From: an uncultured Thermoleophilia bacterium
GTDB lineage: Bacteria; Actinomycetota; Thermoleophilia; Gaiellales; Gaiellaceae
Direction: 5' to 3'
Assembly: GCA_963728095.1 (NCBI GenBank)
Contig: CAVSIO010000002.1
Coordinates: 405,338-469,337, forward strand
DNA: 64,000 nt
Shown here: positions 1 through 9,314 of the stretch, in pieces
Layout of the letters: each line of letters starts with the position of its first letter
Position numbering within the stretch: the stretch's first letter is position 1
The notes under the pieces: generated by a model
Databases searched by the model: none
What the model saw: only the letters and a program-made list of their open reading frames with translations
What the model was told of the DNA's origin: nothing
Position numbers and translations under genes: made by a program

Positions 1-1678
1 AGCAGCTCGCCGCCGGCGCCGCTCGGCGAGCCAGCCCGCGTACGCCGTGGTGCAGGTCGGCGCGGGCGCTCTTCGAGAGGCCGGCGTAGGCGACCTCGCG
101 GATGAGCACGTGCTTGAACTTGAACGTCTCCTCGCCGGTGATCGTCGTGCGCGGCTCGCGCAGCACGAGGTCGCGCAGCAGGAGGTCGTCGAGGCGCCGC
201 GTCGACGTCCTCGACGTCGGGCGAGAGGTGGGCGAGCGCGCCGCGCATGAACAGGCGGCCCATCACGGAGGCGCGCTGGAGCAGCCGCCGCTGCGGCGGC
301 GGGCAGCCGGTCGATGCGGGCGGCGATCAGCGCCTGGAGCGTGTCGGGGATCCGCTCGACGCCGCGGCCCTGCCGCTCGGCGAGCATCCGGATCGTCTCC
401 TCGACGAAGAGCGGGTTTCCCTCGGTCTTCGCGAGCACGGCCTCGACGTCGACGGGCACGCCGAGCTCGGCGGTCGAGCGCGGCGACGAGCTCGGCGCTC
501 TCGTCCAGCGGCGAGCGGCTCGAGCTCGAGCGTCATCGCCCGCACGCGGCCGCCGCCCCAGGTCGGCCGCACGTCGAGCAGCTCCGGCCGCGCGAGGCAG
601 AGCAGCAGCAGCGGCGCCTCGCGCACCCAGGCGGCGAGGTGCTCGATCAGCTCGAGCAGCGGCTCCTCGCCCCAGTGGACGTCCTCGAACACGAGCACGA
701 GCGGCTGCGCCTGCGCGAGCTGCTCCGCCCAGGAGCGCACGGCCCAGGCGATCTCCTGCTGCGCGCGCTCGCCCTCGACCGCCTCGAGCACGCCGACGGC
801 GAGGCCGAGCAGGTCGGCGACCGCCTCGTCCTCGCAGCAGGCGCGGAGCTTCTCCTGCGCCCGGTCGAGCGGGTCGTCGTCGGAGATCCCGGCCGAGGCC
901 TTCACCATCTCGGCGATCGGCCAGTACGTGACGCCCTCGCCGTAGGGGAGGCAGCGGCCCTTGAGGATCGTGGCGCCCTCGAGGCCCTCGACGAACTCGC
1001 GCGCGAGCCGGCTCTTGCCGACGCCCGGGTCGCCGTAGAGCGTGACGAGCGTGGCGCGCCGGTCGCGGGCGGTACGGCCGAAGGTCGTCTCGAGCAGGTC
1101 GAGCTCCGACTCGCGGCCGACGAGCGGCGCCTCGAGCGCGCGCGAGCGGCGCTCCCGGCTCGACGGCGCAGACGACGCGGCTCGCGACGACCGGCTCGCG
1201 CCAGCCGCGCAGCTCGAGCGGCGGCGAGCGGCTCGAGCTCGACGCGGCCGCGGACGAGCCGCGCGGCGGCCGGGCCGACGAGGATCTCGTCCGTGCCCGC
1301 CTGCTGCTGGAGGCGCGCGGCGAGGTTCACGGCCTCGCCGGTGGCGAAGGTCGACTCGGCGTCCTCGGTGACGACCTCGCCGGACTCGATGCCGATGCGC
1401 GCGTGCAGGCCGAGCTCCTTGACGCGCTCGAGCGTCGCGAGCCCGGCCCGGACAGCGCGCTCGGCGTCGTCCTCGTGCGCGAGCGGGATCCCGAACGCGG
1501 CCATGACGGCGTCGCCGGCGAACTTCTCGACGATGCCGCCGTGCGTGACGATGCAGTGCGAGACCTGGTCGAAGAACCGGCCGACGCGCCGCCGGACGAC
1601 CTCGGGGTCGGCGTCGGCGACGAGCTCGGTCGAGTCGACGAGATCGACGAAGAGGACGGTGGCCAGCTTCCGCTCCAC
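1..1678 (-). CDS. Class III adenylate/guanylate cyclase domain fused to a P-loop (STAND/AAA-type) ATPase. The 5' end is complete and the 3' end runs off the left edge. The frame is broken at least twice.
   Basis: GTG start at 1678. The N-terminus VERKLATVLFVDLVDSTEL...FAGDAVMAAFG (cyclase core, ORF 902..1678) continues in the ORF 327..1739 frame with Walker A YGDPGVGKSRL and LVLVFEDVHWGEEPLLELIE. Further frame changes occur near ~500 and ~300, and the ORF is still open at base 1. Confidence 0.8.
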
Positions 1679-1750
1679 GGGTCACCATCGTAGTCGTGCG
1701 GCGGGCGCCTACCGGGGCGGCGGCGGGCTGGTTTTCCATAGCATCGCGCC

Positions 1751-3115
1751 GTGCTCGACCCGAAGGTCTTCAAGGCGTACGACGTCCGCGGCATCTATCC
1801 CGACGAGCTCGACGAGGAGGGCGCGTACGCGATCGGCCGCGCCTACGTCGAGCAGTTCGAGCCGCGGCGGATCGCCGTCGGGCGGGACATGCGGCTCTCG
1901 TCGCCGCAGATGCAGGCGGCGGTGATGCGCGGCGCCGCCGACGGCGGGCGCCGACGTGCTCGACCTCGGGCTCGTCGGGACGGAGATGGTCTACTTCGCC
2001 GTCGGCTCGCTCGGGCTCGACGGCGGCATCGCCGTCACCGCCTCGCACAACCCGAAGGAGTACACGGGGATGAAGATCGTCCGCCGCGGCGCGCTGCCGG
2101 TCGGCGGCGAGTCGGGCCTGCTCGACGTGCGCGACCGGGCCGCCTGCGCGGGCGTGGCCGAGCCGACGGGCCGGCGTCTGACCCCGGGCACGATCGCATG
2201 AGCACGACATCTGGCCCGCGTACGTCGAGCGGGTGCTGTCCTTCGTGGACGTGTCCGCGATCCGGCCGCTGCGGGTCGTCGATCGACGCCGCGAACGGGA
2301 TGGCGGGCGCGATGCTGCCGCCGGTGCTCGAGCGGCTGCCGATCGAGGTGGTGCGCTGCTACTTCGAGCCGGACGGCTCGTTCCCGAACCACGAGCCGAA
2401 CCCGCTGCTGCCGGAGAACCGCGAGTTCATCGTCGCGCAAGACGCTCGAGGAGGGCGCCGACCTCGGGGTCGCGTTCGACGGCGACGCCGACCGCTGCTT
2501 CTTCGTCGACGACACGCGGCGAGTTCGTCCCGGGCGACTTCGCGACGGCGCTGCTCGCCGAGGCGGTGCTGGAGAAGGAGCCGGGCGCGAAGATCATCTA
2601 CGACGTGCGCGCGAGCTGGGCGGTGCCGGAGACGATCGAGCGCGCCGGCGGCGTGGCGCTCGATCAACCGCGTCGGCCACGCGTTCATCAAGCACCGGAT
2701 GCGCAAGGAGGACGCGGCCTTCGGCGGCGAGGTGTCGGGCCACTACTACTTCCGCGACTTCTCGCAGGCCGACTCCGGCGTCGTGCCGTTCCTGCTCATG
2801 CTCGAGCTCGTCTCGAGGAGGGGCCGGAAGCTCTCGGAGATCCTGGCGCCGCTTCCGGGAGCGCTACTTCATCACCGGCGAGCTGAACACGCCGGTCGCG
2901 GACGTGGCGCTGAAGCTCCAGGAGCTGAAGGAGCGGTACGCGTCCGAGGGGACGGTCTCGCACCTCGACGGCATCTCGGTCGAGGCCGACGGACTGGCAC
3001 TTCAACGTGCGCCCGTCGAACACGGAGCCGCTGCTGCGCCTCAACCTCGAGGCGCGCTCCGCAGGAGCTGATGGAGCGCAAGCGCGACGAGGTGCTCGGC
3101 GCTCATCCGCTCGTA
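1751..3115 (+). CDS. Phosphomannomutase/phosphoglucomutase (alpha-D-phosphohexomutase family), frame broken several times
   Basis: GTG at 1751. Motifs: [20 protein letters not shown]; active-site loop [14 protein letters not shown] (ORF 1956..2201 frame); [10 protein letters not shown]; [13 protein letters not shown]; [20 protein letters not shown]. The pieces lie in all three plus frames. The stop is assigned to TAG 3113-3115, assuming one more indel. Confidence 0.8.
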
Positions 3116-3168
3116 GCCGCGGATTCGCGGCTCGGCCAGACCCGGCTCGAAGCGTTGCACTTCCGTGA

Positions 3169-3197
3169 CGGTGTCCGACACCGGGACACGTCCCGAA
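3169..3197 (+). repeat. REP-like repeat copy 1 (GGTGTCCGACACCGGGACACGTCCCGAAG)
   Basis: Two adjacent short palindromes, GGTGTC-n-GACACC and GGGAC-nn-GTCCC. It matches the copy at 3819-3849 apart from 2 substitutions, in the same orientation. Confidence 0.6.
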
Positions 3198-3781
3198 GAG
3201 ACGTGCCGGGCGAGCGTCGCGCCGCGCACTCGCCGGTCGCCGTGCCGAAGAGCGCCGAGCACCTCGTCGACCTCGAGCCACGCCGGCGCCTCCTCGAGCC
3301 CCATCGTCGCGCGGTAGCTGCTGTCGCGCCAGTCGGCCGCGTCCTCGCACGCCAGATGGCTGCAGCGGATTGCGGTTCACGTACGCGATCGACGCGACCT
3401 GGTGCGCGTCGCTCTCGATCGTCTTGCTGAAGAACCGGTTCCGGAAGAGATGGCCGGTCGCGCCCGTGCCGCTGGTTGATACCGCGCGCGTGACCGCCGA
3501 GAAGCTCCTGCATTCCGGTGGAGATCGCCCCGGACGGAGCCCGCAGCACGAAGTGCGCATGATTCGTCATGAGGCACCAGGCGAGCATCTCCCACTCGTA
3601 CATCGTCGGCGATACGGTCGAGCCGCCGTCGGAACAATCGCGCGGTCGACGGCGTCCCGGACGATCCAGCCGCCGTTGTTGCCCTTGGCACGAGATGGTG
3701 GCTGAATGCCGGGTCGAGAATGCGGAGCGGATGACCCATCGCGGCGACGGTAGCGCGGGCATCCGGGCGCCCCGAGCACAA
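3190..3781 (-). pseudogene. IS200/REP-associated tyrosine transposase (RAYT-like, Y1_Tnp), at least 4 frame breaks; 3' end uncertain
   Basis: ATG at 3781 (MGHPLRILDPAFSHH). The HUH motif WCLMTNHAHFVL lies in ORF 3103..3933. TGHLFRNRFFSKTIESDAHQVASIAYVNRNPLQ lies in ORF 2796..3560. A C-terminal DWRDSSYRAT-like piece lies in the ORF 3041..3304 frame. Confidence 0.6.
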
Positions 3782-3818
3782 TTGAGCGTTCTGCGAGGAA
3801 GTTGACCCACATTTGCGT

Positions 3819-3849
3819 GGGTGTCTGACACCGGGACGTGTCCCGAAGG
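3819..3849 (+). repeat. REP-like repeat copy 2 (GGGTGTCTGACACCGGGACGTGTCCCGAAGG)
   Basis: Same double-hairpin architecture as 3169-3197. It lies 38 nt upstream of the RAYT start and just upstream of the thioesterase gene. Confidence 0.6.
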
Positions 3850-3871
3850 GGCACGCGTAGGATCAGCGGCG

Positions 3872-4305
3872 ATGAGCACGGCGAAGCCACCCTTCAAGTT
3901 CTCCGCGCGGACGCGGGTCGGGTTCTCCGACACCGACGCGCAGGGGATCGTCTACTACGGGCGCTACAACCCCTACTTCGACCTCGCGCGGGTCGAGTAC
4001 CTGCGCATGCTCGCACTGCTCCGACGCGACGGCGACGGCGACTTCGTCATGCGCGCGAACGACGTCGAGTACTTCGCGCCCGCGGTCTTCGACGACGAGA
4101 TCGAGGTCTTCGCGCGCATCTCGCGGATCGGAAAGACGAGCGTGACCTTCGAGTTCGCCGCCTACCGGGAGCCGGACGACGCGCTGATGGTCACGGCGCA
4201 CCAGACGCTCGTCTACGTCGATCTCGCCGAGCGGAAGGCGTGCCCCGTCCCGGACGAGTTCCGCGCGACCGTGCTCCGCCTTCGAGGGGGACGATGTCGA
4301 CTCCT
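3872..4305 (+). CDS. Acyl-CoA thioesterase, hotdog fold (4HBT/YbgC-like)
   Basis: ATG at 3872 (MSTAKPPFKF). Motif VGFSDTDAQGIVYYGRYNPYFDLARVEYL. The 3' end is uncertain: there is a G5 run at 4286-4290, and TAG 4303-4305 is in the adjacent frame. Confidence 0.7.
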
Positions 4306-4652
4306 AGCGCGAGCGGCGCGCTCGAGGCGGTCGACCGGATCCTCAACCGCGGCGGCGACGCCGACGACGTGCTGCGCCAGGTCGTCGCGGCCCTGCACGA
4401 GCGGGCCGGCTACGCCTGGGCGGGGATCCTCTTCGTCGAGGGCGGCGACCTCGTCCTCGGGCCGCAGGCCGGCGAGCCGGACGAGGCGGCGCGCCGCGCA
4501 TCCCCGTGACGTGGCAGGGCGAGCGGATCGCCGAGCTCGCCGTCGACGGCGCGACCGCGGCCGACCGCGGCCTCCTCGAACGGGTCGCCGTGCTCGTCTC
4601 CGGCCACTGCCTCGTCGGCTGGGACACCGGCGGCGAGCCGTGGGAGTCGTAG
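4294..4652 (+). CDS. Small GAF-domain-like protein, one frame break near 4500
   Basis: ATG at 4294. MSTPSASGALEAVDRILNRGGDADDVLRQVVAALHERAGYAWAGILFVEGGDLVLGP continues in another frame as IPVTWQGERIAELAVDG...GHCLVGWDTGGEPWES, ending at TAG 4650-4652. Confidence 0.5.
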
Positions 4653-4771
4653 CGACCGAGGCGACCACGGCCGCTGCGCGCCCGGCCGTGTCCTCGCCGG
4701 CCGGGCGCGGCAGCGCTGTGCGGTCCCTCCTCCCCTAGACCCGTTCTAGTCGCGGCGGGCCTCGGGGTCGA

Positions 4772-4910
4772 TCCCTCGTTCGAGCGAACGCGCGCCGGAC
4801 GCCGACGATCCCTCGTTCGAGGGAACCGCTCCGAGAAGCCATGCGGGGTTCCGACCCCTGTCCCTCGTTCGAGGTACCCCCGCCTCGACTGCGTTCCGTC
4901 CCTCGTCCGG
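4772..4910. repeat. Three copies of the 13-mer TCCCTCGTTCGAG plus one degenerate copy, in the intergenic region downstream of rel
   Basis: Copies at 4772-4784, 4809-4821 (here the perfect palindrome TCCCTCG-TT-CGAGGGA) and 4861-4873. A variant TCCCTCGTCCGGG lies at 4898-4910. Confidence 0.6.
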
Positions 4911-4911
4911 G

Positions 4912-7129
4912 CTAGGACGGCGTGACGCGGTACGCGTCGAAGACGGCCTCGACGATTCCGGAGCGCGGTCAGCAGCGCGCGCAGCCCCTTCACGTCGCCG
5001 ACCTCGACCACGTACCAGTTGCGCGCCATCTGATCCTCGACGCGTGCCGCCGTAGGAGACGATGTTCGTCCCGTGCTCGGAGAACGTCCGGGCGACGTCC
5101 TCGAGCAGGCGCGGCCGGTCCCACGAGTCGACCGCGATCTGGACGCGGAAGCTCTGCGAGACGCCGCCCTCCCACTCGACCGGCGTGAACCGCTCCGGGT
5201 TCCGGCGCAGCGCGCGCACGTTCGGGCAGTCGTCGCGATGGATCGTGATCCCCTTGCCGAGCGAGATGTAGCCGACGATCTCGTCGCCCGGCACCGGCGT
5301 GCAGCACTTCGCGAGCCGGACGAGCACGTCCTCGACGCCGACGACCTTGATCCCGTACGTGTTGCTGTCGATCGCGTCGCGCGCCCTCGGCTTCTTGCGC
5401 GGGAGGACGAGCCTCCTCCTCGGCGACCTCCTCGACCTTCAGCCGCTGGAGCACCTTGTTGACGATGCTCCCCGCCGTCAGCTTCCCGGAGCCGAGCGCG
5501 ATGTAGAAGTCCTCCGCCTTCTTGAAGCCGGACTCCCGGATCACGCCCGCGAGCACGGCCGAGCCGGCGAGCTTCTTGTACGGGAGGTTCTGGCGCCTTC
5601 AGCGCGTGCTCGAGCGACTCGCGGCCCTTCGCCTCGAGGTCCTCCTTCTGCTCGCGCGAGAAGAACTGGCGGATCTTGTTCCGCGCCCGCGACGAGGCGA
5701 CGAGCGAGAGCCAGTCGCGCGACGGGCCGCGACCCGCCTTCGCGGTGAGGATCTCGACGCGGTCGCCGCTGTGCAGCCTGTAGTGGAGCGGGACGATGCG
5801 GCCGTTCACCTTCGCGCCGACGGTGCGGTGGCCGACGTCGGTGTGCACGGCGTACGCGAAGTCGATCGGCGTCGCGCCGGCGGGCAGCGTCTTCACCTCG
5901 CCCTTCGGCGTGAAGACGAACACCTCCTCGTCGAAGAGGTCGGTGCGGAAGCTCTTCACGAACTCGCGCGCGTCCGCCTCGTCGGCGTGGATGTCCATCA
6001 GCTGCCTCACCCAGGCGACCCACTCGTCGTCGGCGGCCTTCGAGGCAGCCGTCCCGCTTGTACGCCCAGTGGGCGGCGACGCCGAGCTCGGCCGTCTCGT
6101 GCATCTCGCGCGTCCGCACCTGGATCTCGAGCGGCCGTCCCTCGGGCCCGATCACCGTCGTGTGCAGCGAGCGGTAGCGCGTTGAACTTCGGCATCGCGA
6201 TGTAGTCCTTGAAGCGGCCGGGCATCGGCTTCCAGAGCGAGTGGATCAGGCCGAGCGCGCCGTAGCAGTCGCGCGTCCCCTCCTCCGCGCCGCGCTCGAC
6301 GATCACGCGCATCGCGGTGAGGTCGTAGATCTCGTTGAACTCGCGGCCCTTCTTCGCCATCTTGTCGTAGATCGAGTAGAAGTGCTTCGCGCGCCCGGAG
6401 ATCTCGGCCGGGATGTCGACCTTGTCGAGCTCGCGCCGGAGCACGTCGGCCGCCTCGGCCACGTGGCCCTCGCGGTCGGCGCGACGCTCGGCGACCATCT
6501 GCTTGATCTCCTCGTACTTGCGCGGGTGGAGCGTCTGGAACGCGAGGTCCTCGAGCTCCCACTTGAGCGCGTGGATGCCGAGCCGGTGCGCGAGCGGCGC
6601 GTAGACCTCGAGCGCCTCCTTCGACTTCTGGATCTGCTTCTGCTTGCCGAGGTACTCGATCGTGCGCAGGTTGTGGAGGCGGTCGGCAGAGCTTGACGAG
6701 GATGACGCGGACGTCCTCCGCCATCGCCACGACCATCTTGCGGTAATTCTCGGCCTCCGCCTGCTCGCGGCTCTGGAACTGGACGCGGGTCAGCTTCGTG
6801 ACACCGTCGACGAGCTGCGCGATCTCGTCGCCGAACTCCTCGCGGACGGCGGCGAGGTCGGCCGCGGTGTCCTCGACGACGTCGTGCAGCAACGCTGCGG
6901 CGATCGTCTGCTCGTCGAGCCGCAGCTCGGCGCAGATCTTCGCCACCCCGGCCGGGTGCATGATGAACGGCTCCCCCGAGCGGCGGGTCTGGCCCTCGTG
7001 GGCCGCGGCCGCGAAGCGGAAGGAGCGGGTGACGAGATCCTGGTCGACCTCGCCGCTGTAGCGCGCGAGCTCCTCGAGCAGCGGCTCGAGCAGCTCTCGA
7101 TGCCTCTCGCCTGTCTCCAGCGTCGCCAC
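4912..7129 (-). CDS. relA: Bifunctional (p)ppGpp synthetase/hydrolase RelA/SpoT family, about 7 frame breaks
   Basis: GTG at 7129 (VATLETGE). HD domain: [20 protein letters not shown]...LLHDVVEDT. Synthetase domain: [31 protein letters not shown] and [28 protein letters not shown] domain: [35 protein letters not shown] domain: [30 protein letters not shown]. The stop is inferred at 4912-4914. Confidence 0.9.
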
Positions 7130-7342
7130 CGTCTCAGTGTACTCCCGGCCTTCGCGGGCGCACCCCCCGGGAAGGAAGGGGCGTTTCGGGGTGGAAATAG
7201 CCCTCCCCGTGCTCAGGATCCGCCGTCGCGACGCCCGCAAGGCCGCGCAGCTCGCGCGGATCCTCGTCGCGCTCGACGAGCAGGCGAGGGCGGCGCGGCC
7301 CGAGCCCAGGAGGGCCGCGCGCCTCTCGCTTCGGCCGGCGCG

Positions 7343-8758
7343 CTAGGAGGCAGGAACCTCGGCGCCGGCACTCTCGACGCCGCCCACCCGGAAGGGGGCG
7401 AGCGGCTCGAACCGCGCCTGGAAGAAGCGCAGCTGCTCCGGGGAGTAGGTCATCTGCAGACCCGGGATCCCCTGCGCGTGCTTGTGCAGGTCGGCGACGA
7501 CCTCTGCGACGTAGGAGAGGTGCTCCTGCGTGTAGACGCGCCGCGGCAGAGTCAGCCGCACGAGCTCGAGCCCGTCGTAGGGCTCGTCGCCGTGCTGGCC
7601 CGAGACGATCCCGCGCTCCATCGTGCGGACGCCGCCGGTGAGGTAGATCGCCGCCGCGAGCGCCTGCGCCGGGAACTCCTGCTGGGGCACGTGCGGGAGG
7701 AACCGCTTCGCGTCGAGGAACACGGCGTGCGCGCCCGGCGGCAGCACGATCGGCACGCCGGCCTCCTGGAGCAGCGAGGCGAGGTACGCGACCTGGTCGA
7801 CGTAGTGCCCGACGATCCGCTCGTCCGCCGCCTCGTGGATGCCGACCGCGAGCGCCTCCATCGCGGCCCCGGACATGCCGCCGTAGTGCGGGAAGCCCTC
7901 GTACACGACGACGAGCTCGCGCAGCCGCTCGGCGAGCGCGTCCTCGTTCACGGCGGCGAGCCCGCCGATCGGGACGAAATGGTCCTTCTTCGAGGAGAAG
8001 ATCGCGCCGTCGCTCAGGTCCGCGATCAGCTTGATGATCTCGGCCAGCGAGTGGCGACCGTAGCCGGACTCGCGCCGCTTCACGAACAGCGCGTTCTCCG
8101 AGCTGCGGGTCGCGTCGAGGATCAGCGGCAGCCCGTAGTCGAGCGTGAGCGCGCGCACTTCGACGAGGTTCTCGATCGAGAACGGCTGCCCGCCGGCCAT
8201 GTTGAGGCACGCCTCCTGGCGGACGAAGGCGATGTTCTCCGGGCCCGCGCTGCGGATGACCTCCTCGAGCCGCCCGACGTCGATGTTCCCCTTCCACGGG
8301 TGGGTGGACTCCGCGTCCTTCGCCTCCGGGACCGAGACGTCGGTCCAGACCGCGCCGGCGAGCTCGGCGTGCGCGCGGGAGGTCGTGAAGTAGAGGTTCG
8401 AGGGGACGAGCTGCCCCGGAGTGACGAGCACCTTGGAGAGCAGGTGCTCGGCGCCGCGGCCCTGGTGCGTGGGGATCACGTGCTTGTAGCCGTAGACCTC
8501 GCGCACGGCGCGCTCGAGGCGGAAGTAGCTGCGCGAGCCGGCGTAGGACTCGTCGCCGAGCTCCATCGCGGCACGCTGCTCCTGCGAGACGGCGGAGGTG
8601 CCGCTGTCGGTCAGCAGGTCGATGAAGACGTCCGCGGCGTGGAGCAGGAAGGTGTTGTAGCCGGCCGCGGCGAGCGCCTCGCGGCGGTGCTCCGAGTCCG
8701 CCAGCGCGATCGGCTCCACGACCTTGATCTTGTACGGGGGCGCATGCATGGCGCCCAT
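7343..8758 (-). CDS. PLP-dependent beta-eliminating lyase of the tryptophanase / tyrosine phenol-lyase family (looks closer to TPL), intact
   Basis: ATG at 8758 (MGAMHAPPYKIKVVEPI). Motifs: AGYNTFLLHAADVFIDLLTDSGTSAVS; GDESYAGSRSYFRLERAV; HVIPTHQGRGAEHLLS; NLYFTTSRAH; FSSKKD (PLP lysine region). Single uninterrupted ORF. Confidence 0.85.
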   Translation of the reverse strand: MGAMHAPPYKIKVVEPIALADSEHRREALAAAGYNTFLLHAADVFIDLLTDSGTSAVSQEQRAAMELGDESYAGSRSYFRLERAVREVYGYKHVIPTHQGRGAEHLLSKVLVTPGQLVPSNLYFTTSRAHAELAGAVWTDVSVPEAKDAESTHPWKGNIDVGRLEEVIRSAGPENIAFVRQEACLNMAGGQPFSIENLVEVRALTLDYGLPLILDATRSSENALFVKRRESGYGRHSLAEIIKLIADLSDGAIFSSKKDHFVPIGGLAAVNEDALAERLRELVVVYEGFPHYGGMSGAAMEALAVGIHEAADERIVGHYVDQVAYLASLLQEAGVPIVLPPGAHAVFLDAKRFLPHVPQQEFPAQALAAAIYLTGGVRTMERGIVSGQHGDEPYDGLELVRLTLPRRVYTQEHLSYVAEVVADLHKHAQGIPGLQMTYSPEQLRFFQARFEPLAPFRVGGVESAGAEVPAS

Positions 8759-8816
8759 CGTCACGGAGCCGCCGTGGCCCCGCATCCGGGGTGCGGCCGA
8801 GAATCGGTGCGGAGGA

Positions 8817-9314
8817 TTACTGAGGAAATCCGGGCGGGTAGACCAGGCGGCCCTGCGGCAGCTCGGCCGCTTCGTCGAGGATCGCGACCTGGAACGCCCA
8901 GTCCGGGGTGCCCGGCGGCGGCAGGAGCCCGCGCTCGTCCGCACGGACGAACCCGAAGCGGGAGTAGTAGGCGGGGTTGCCCTCGAGCACGACGACCGGC
9001 TCGCCGAGGGAGGCCGCGCCGGCGAGTGCTGCGCGTACGAGCGAGCCGCCGATCCCCTCTCCCTGCCACTCGGGGACGACCCCGATCGGCCCGAGCAGGA
9101 GCACCCGCCGCTCCGTGCCCTCCAGCGACGCCCAGCTGACGAGGACGTGCCCGACGAGCCCGCCGCCCTCCTCGGAGACGAGCGAGAGCTCCGGGATGAA
9201 GGCCTCCGTGCCGCGCACGTCGTCGACGATCCGGGCCTCCAGCTCGCGCCCGAACGCCTGCTCCTGGAGCGCGTGGATCGCAGCGGCCTCCTCCGGCCGC
9301 TCCGGGCGGATCAT
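8817..9314 (-). CDS. GNAT family N-acetyltransferase
   Basis: ATG at 9314 (MIRPERPEEAAAIHALQEQAF). The motif GVVPEWQGEGIGGSLVRAAL is an acetyl-CoA binding Q/RxxGxG/A pattern. Its start overlaps the recJ stop (ATGA at 9311-9314). Confidence 0.8.
   Translation of the reverse strand: MIRPERPEEAAAIHALQEQAFGRELEARIVDDVRGTEAFIPELSLVSEEGGGLVGHVLVSWASLEGTERRVLLLGPIGVVPEWQGEGIGGSLVRAALAGAASLGEPVVVLEGNPAYYSRFGFVRADERGLLPPPGTPDWAFQVAILDEAAELPQGRLVYPPGFPQ

Larger units (their letters stand above)
3169..3849 (-). mobile_element. RAYT/IS200-like element: Y1 (HUH) transposase gene bracketed by two REP-like double-hairpin repeats
   Basis: The transposase-like coding pieces lie between near-identical 29-31 nt repeats at 3169-3197 and 3819-3849. 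Confidence 0.6.

Noticed and set aside
102-1925. 607-aa plus-strand ORF, and similar very long ORFs at 6644..9139, 8761..11271, 11111..14248, 37393..41565, 61911..63983 and 40226..40948 (upstream part)
   Set aside because: They run antisense to, or out of frame with, genes that have clear family signatures. Their translations are Arg/Ala/Pro/Gly-rich low-complexity strings with no motifs. These are typical shadow ORFs of a >70 % GC genome.
3169-3849. The REP-like repeat translating as G(R/H)VPVSDT in both copies, suggesting a coding repeat
   Set aside because: Both copies lie at or beyond the ends of the recognisable transposase similarity and form two hairpins each. A nucleic-acid-level repeat explains them better than a peptide motif.
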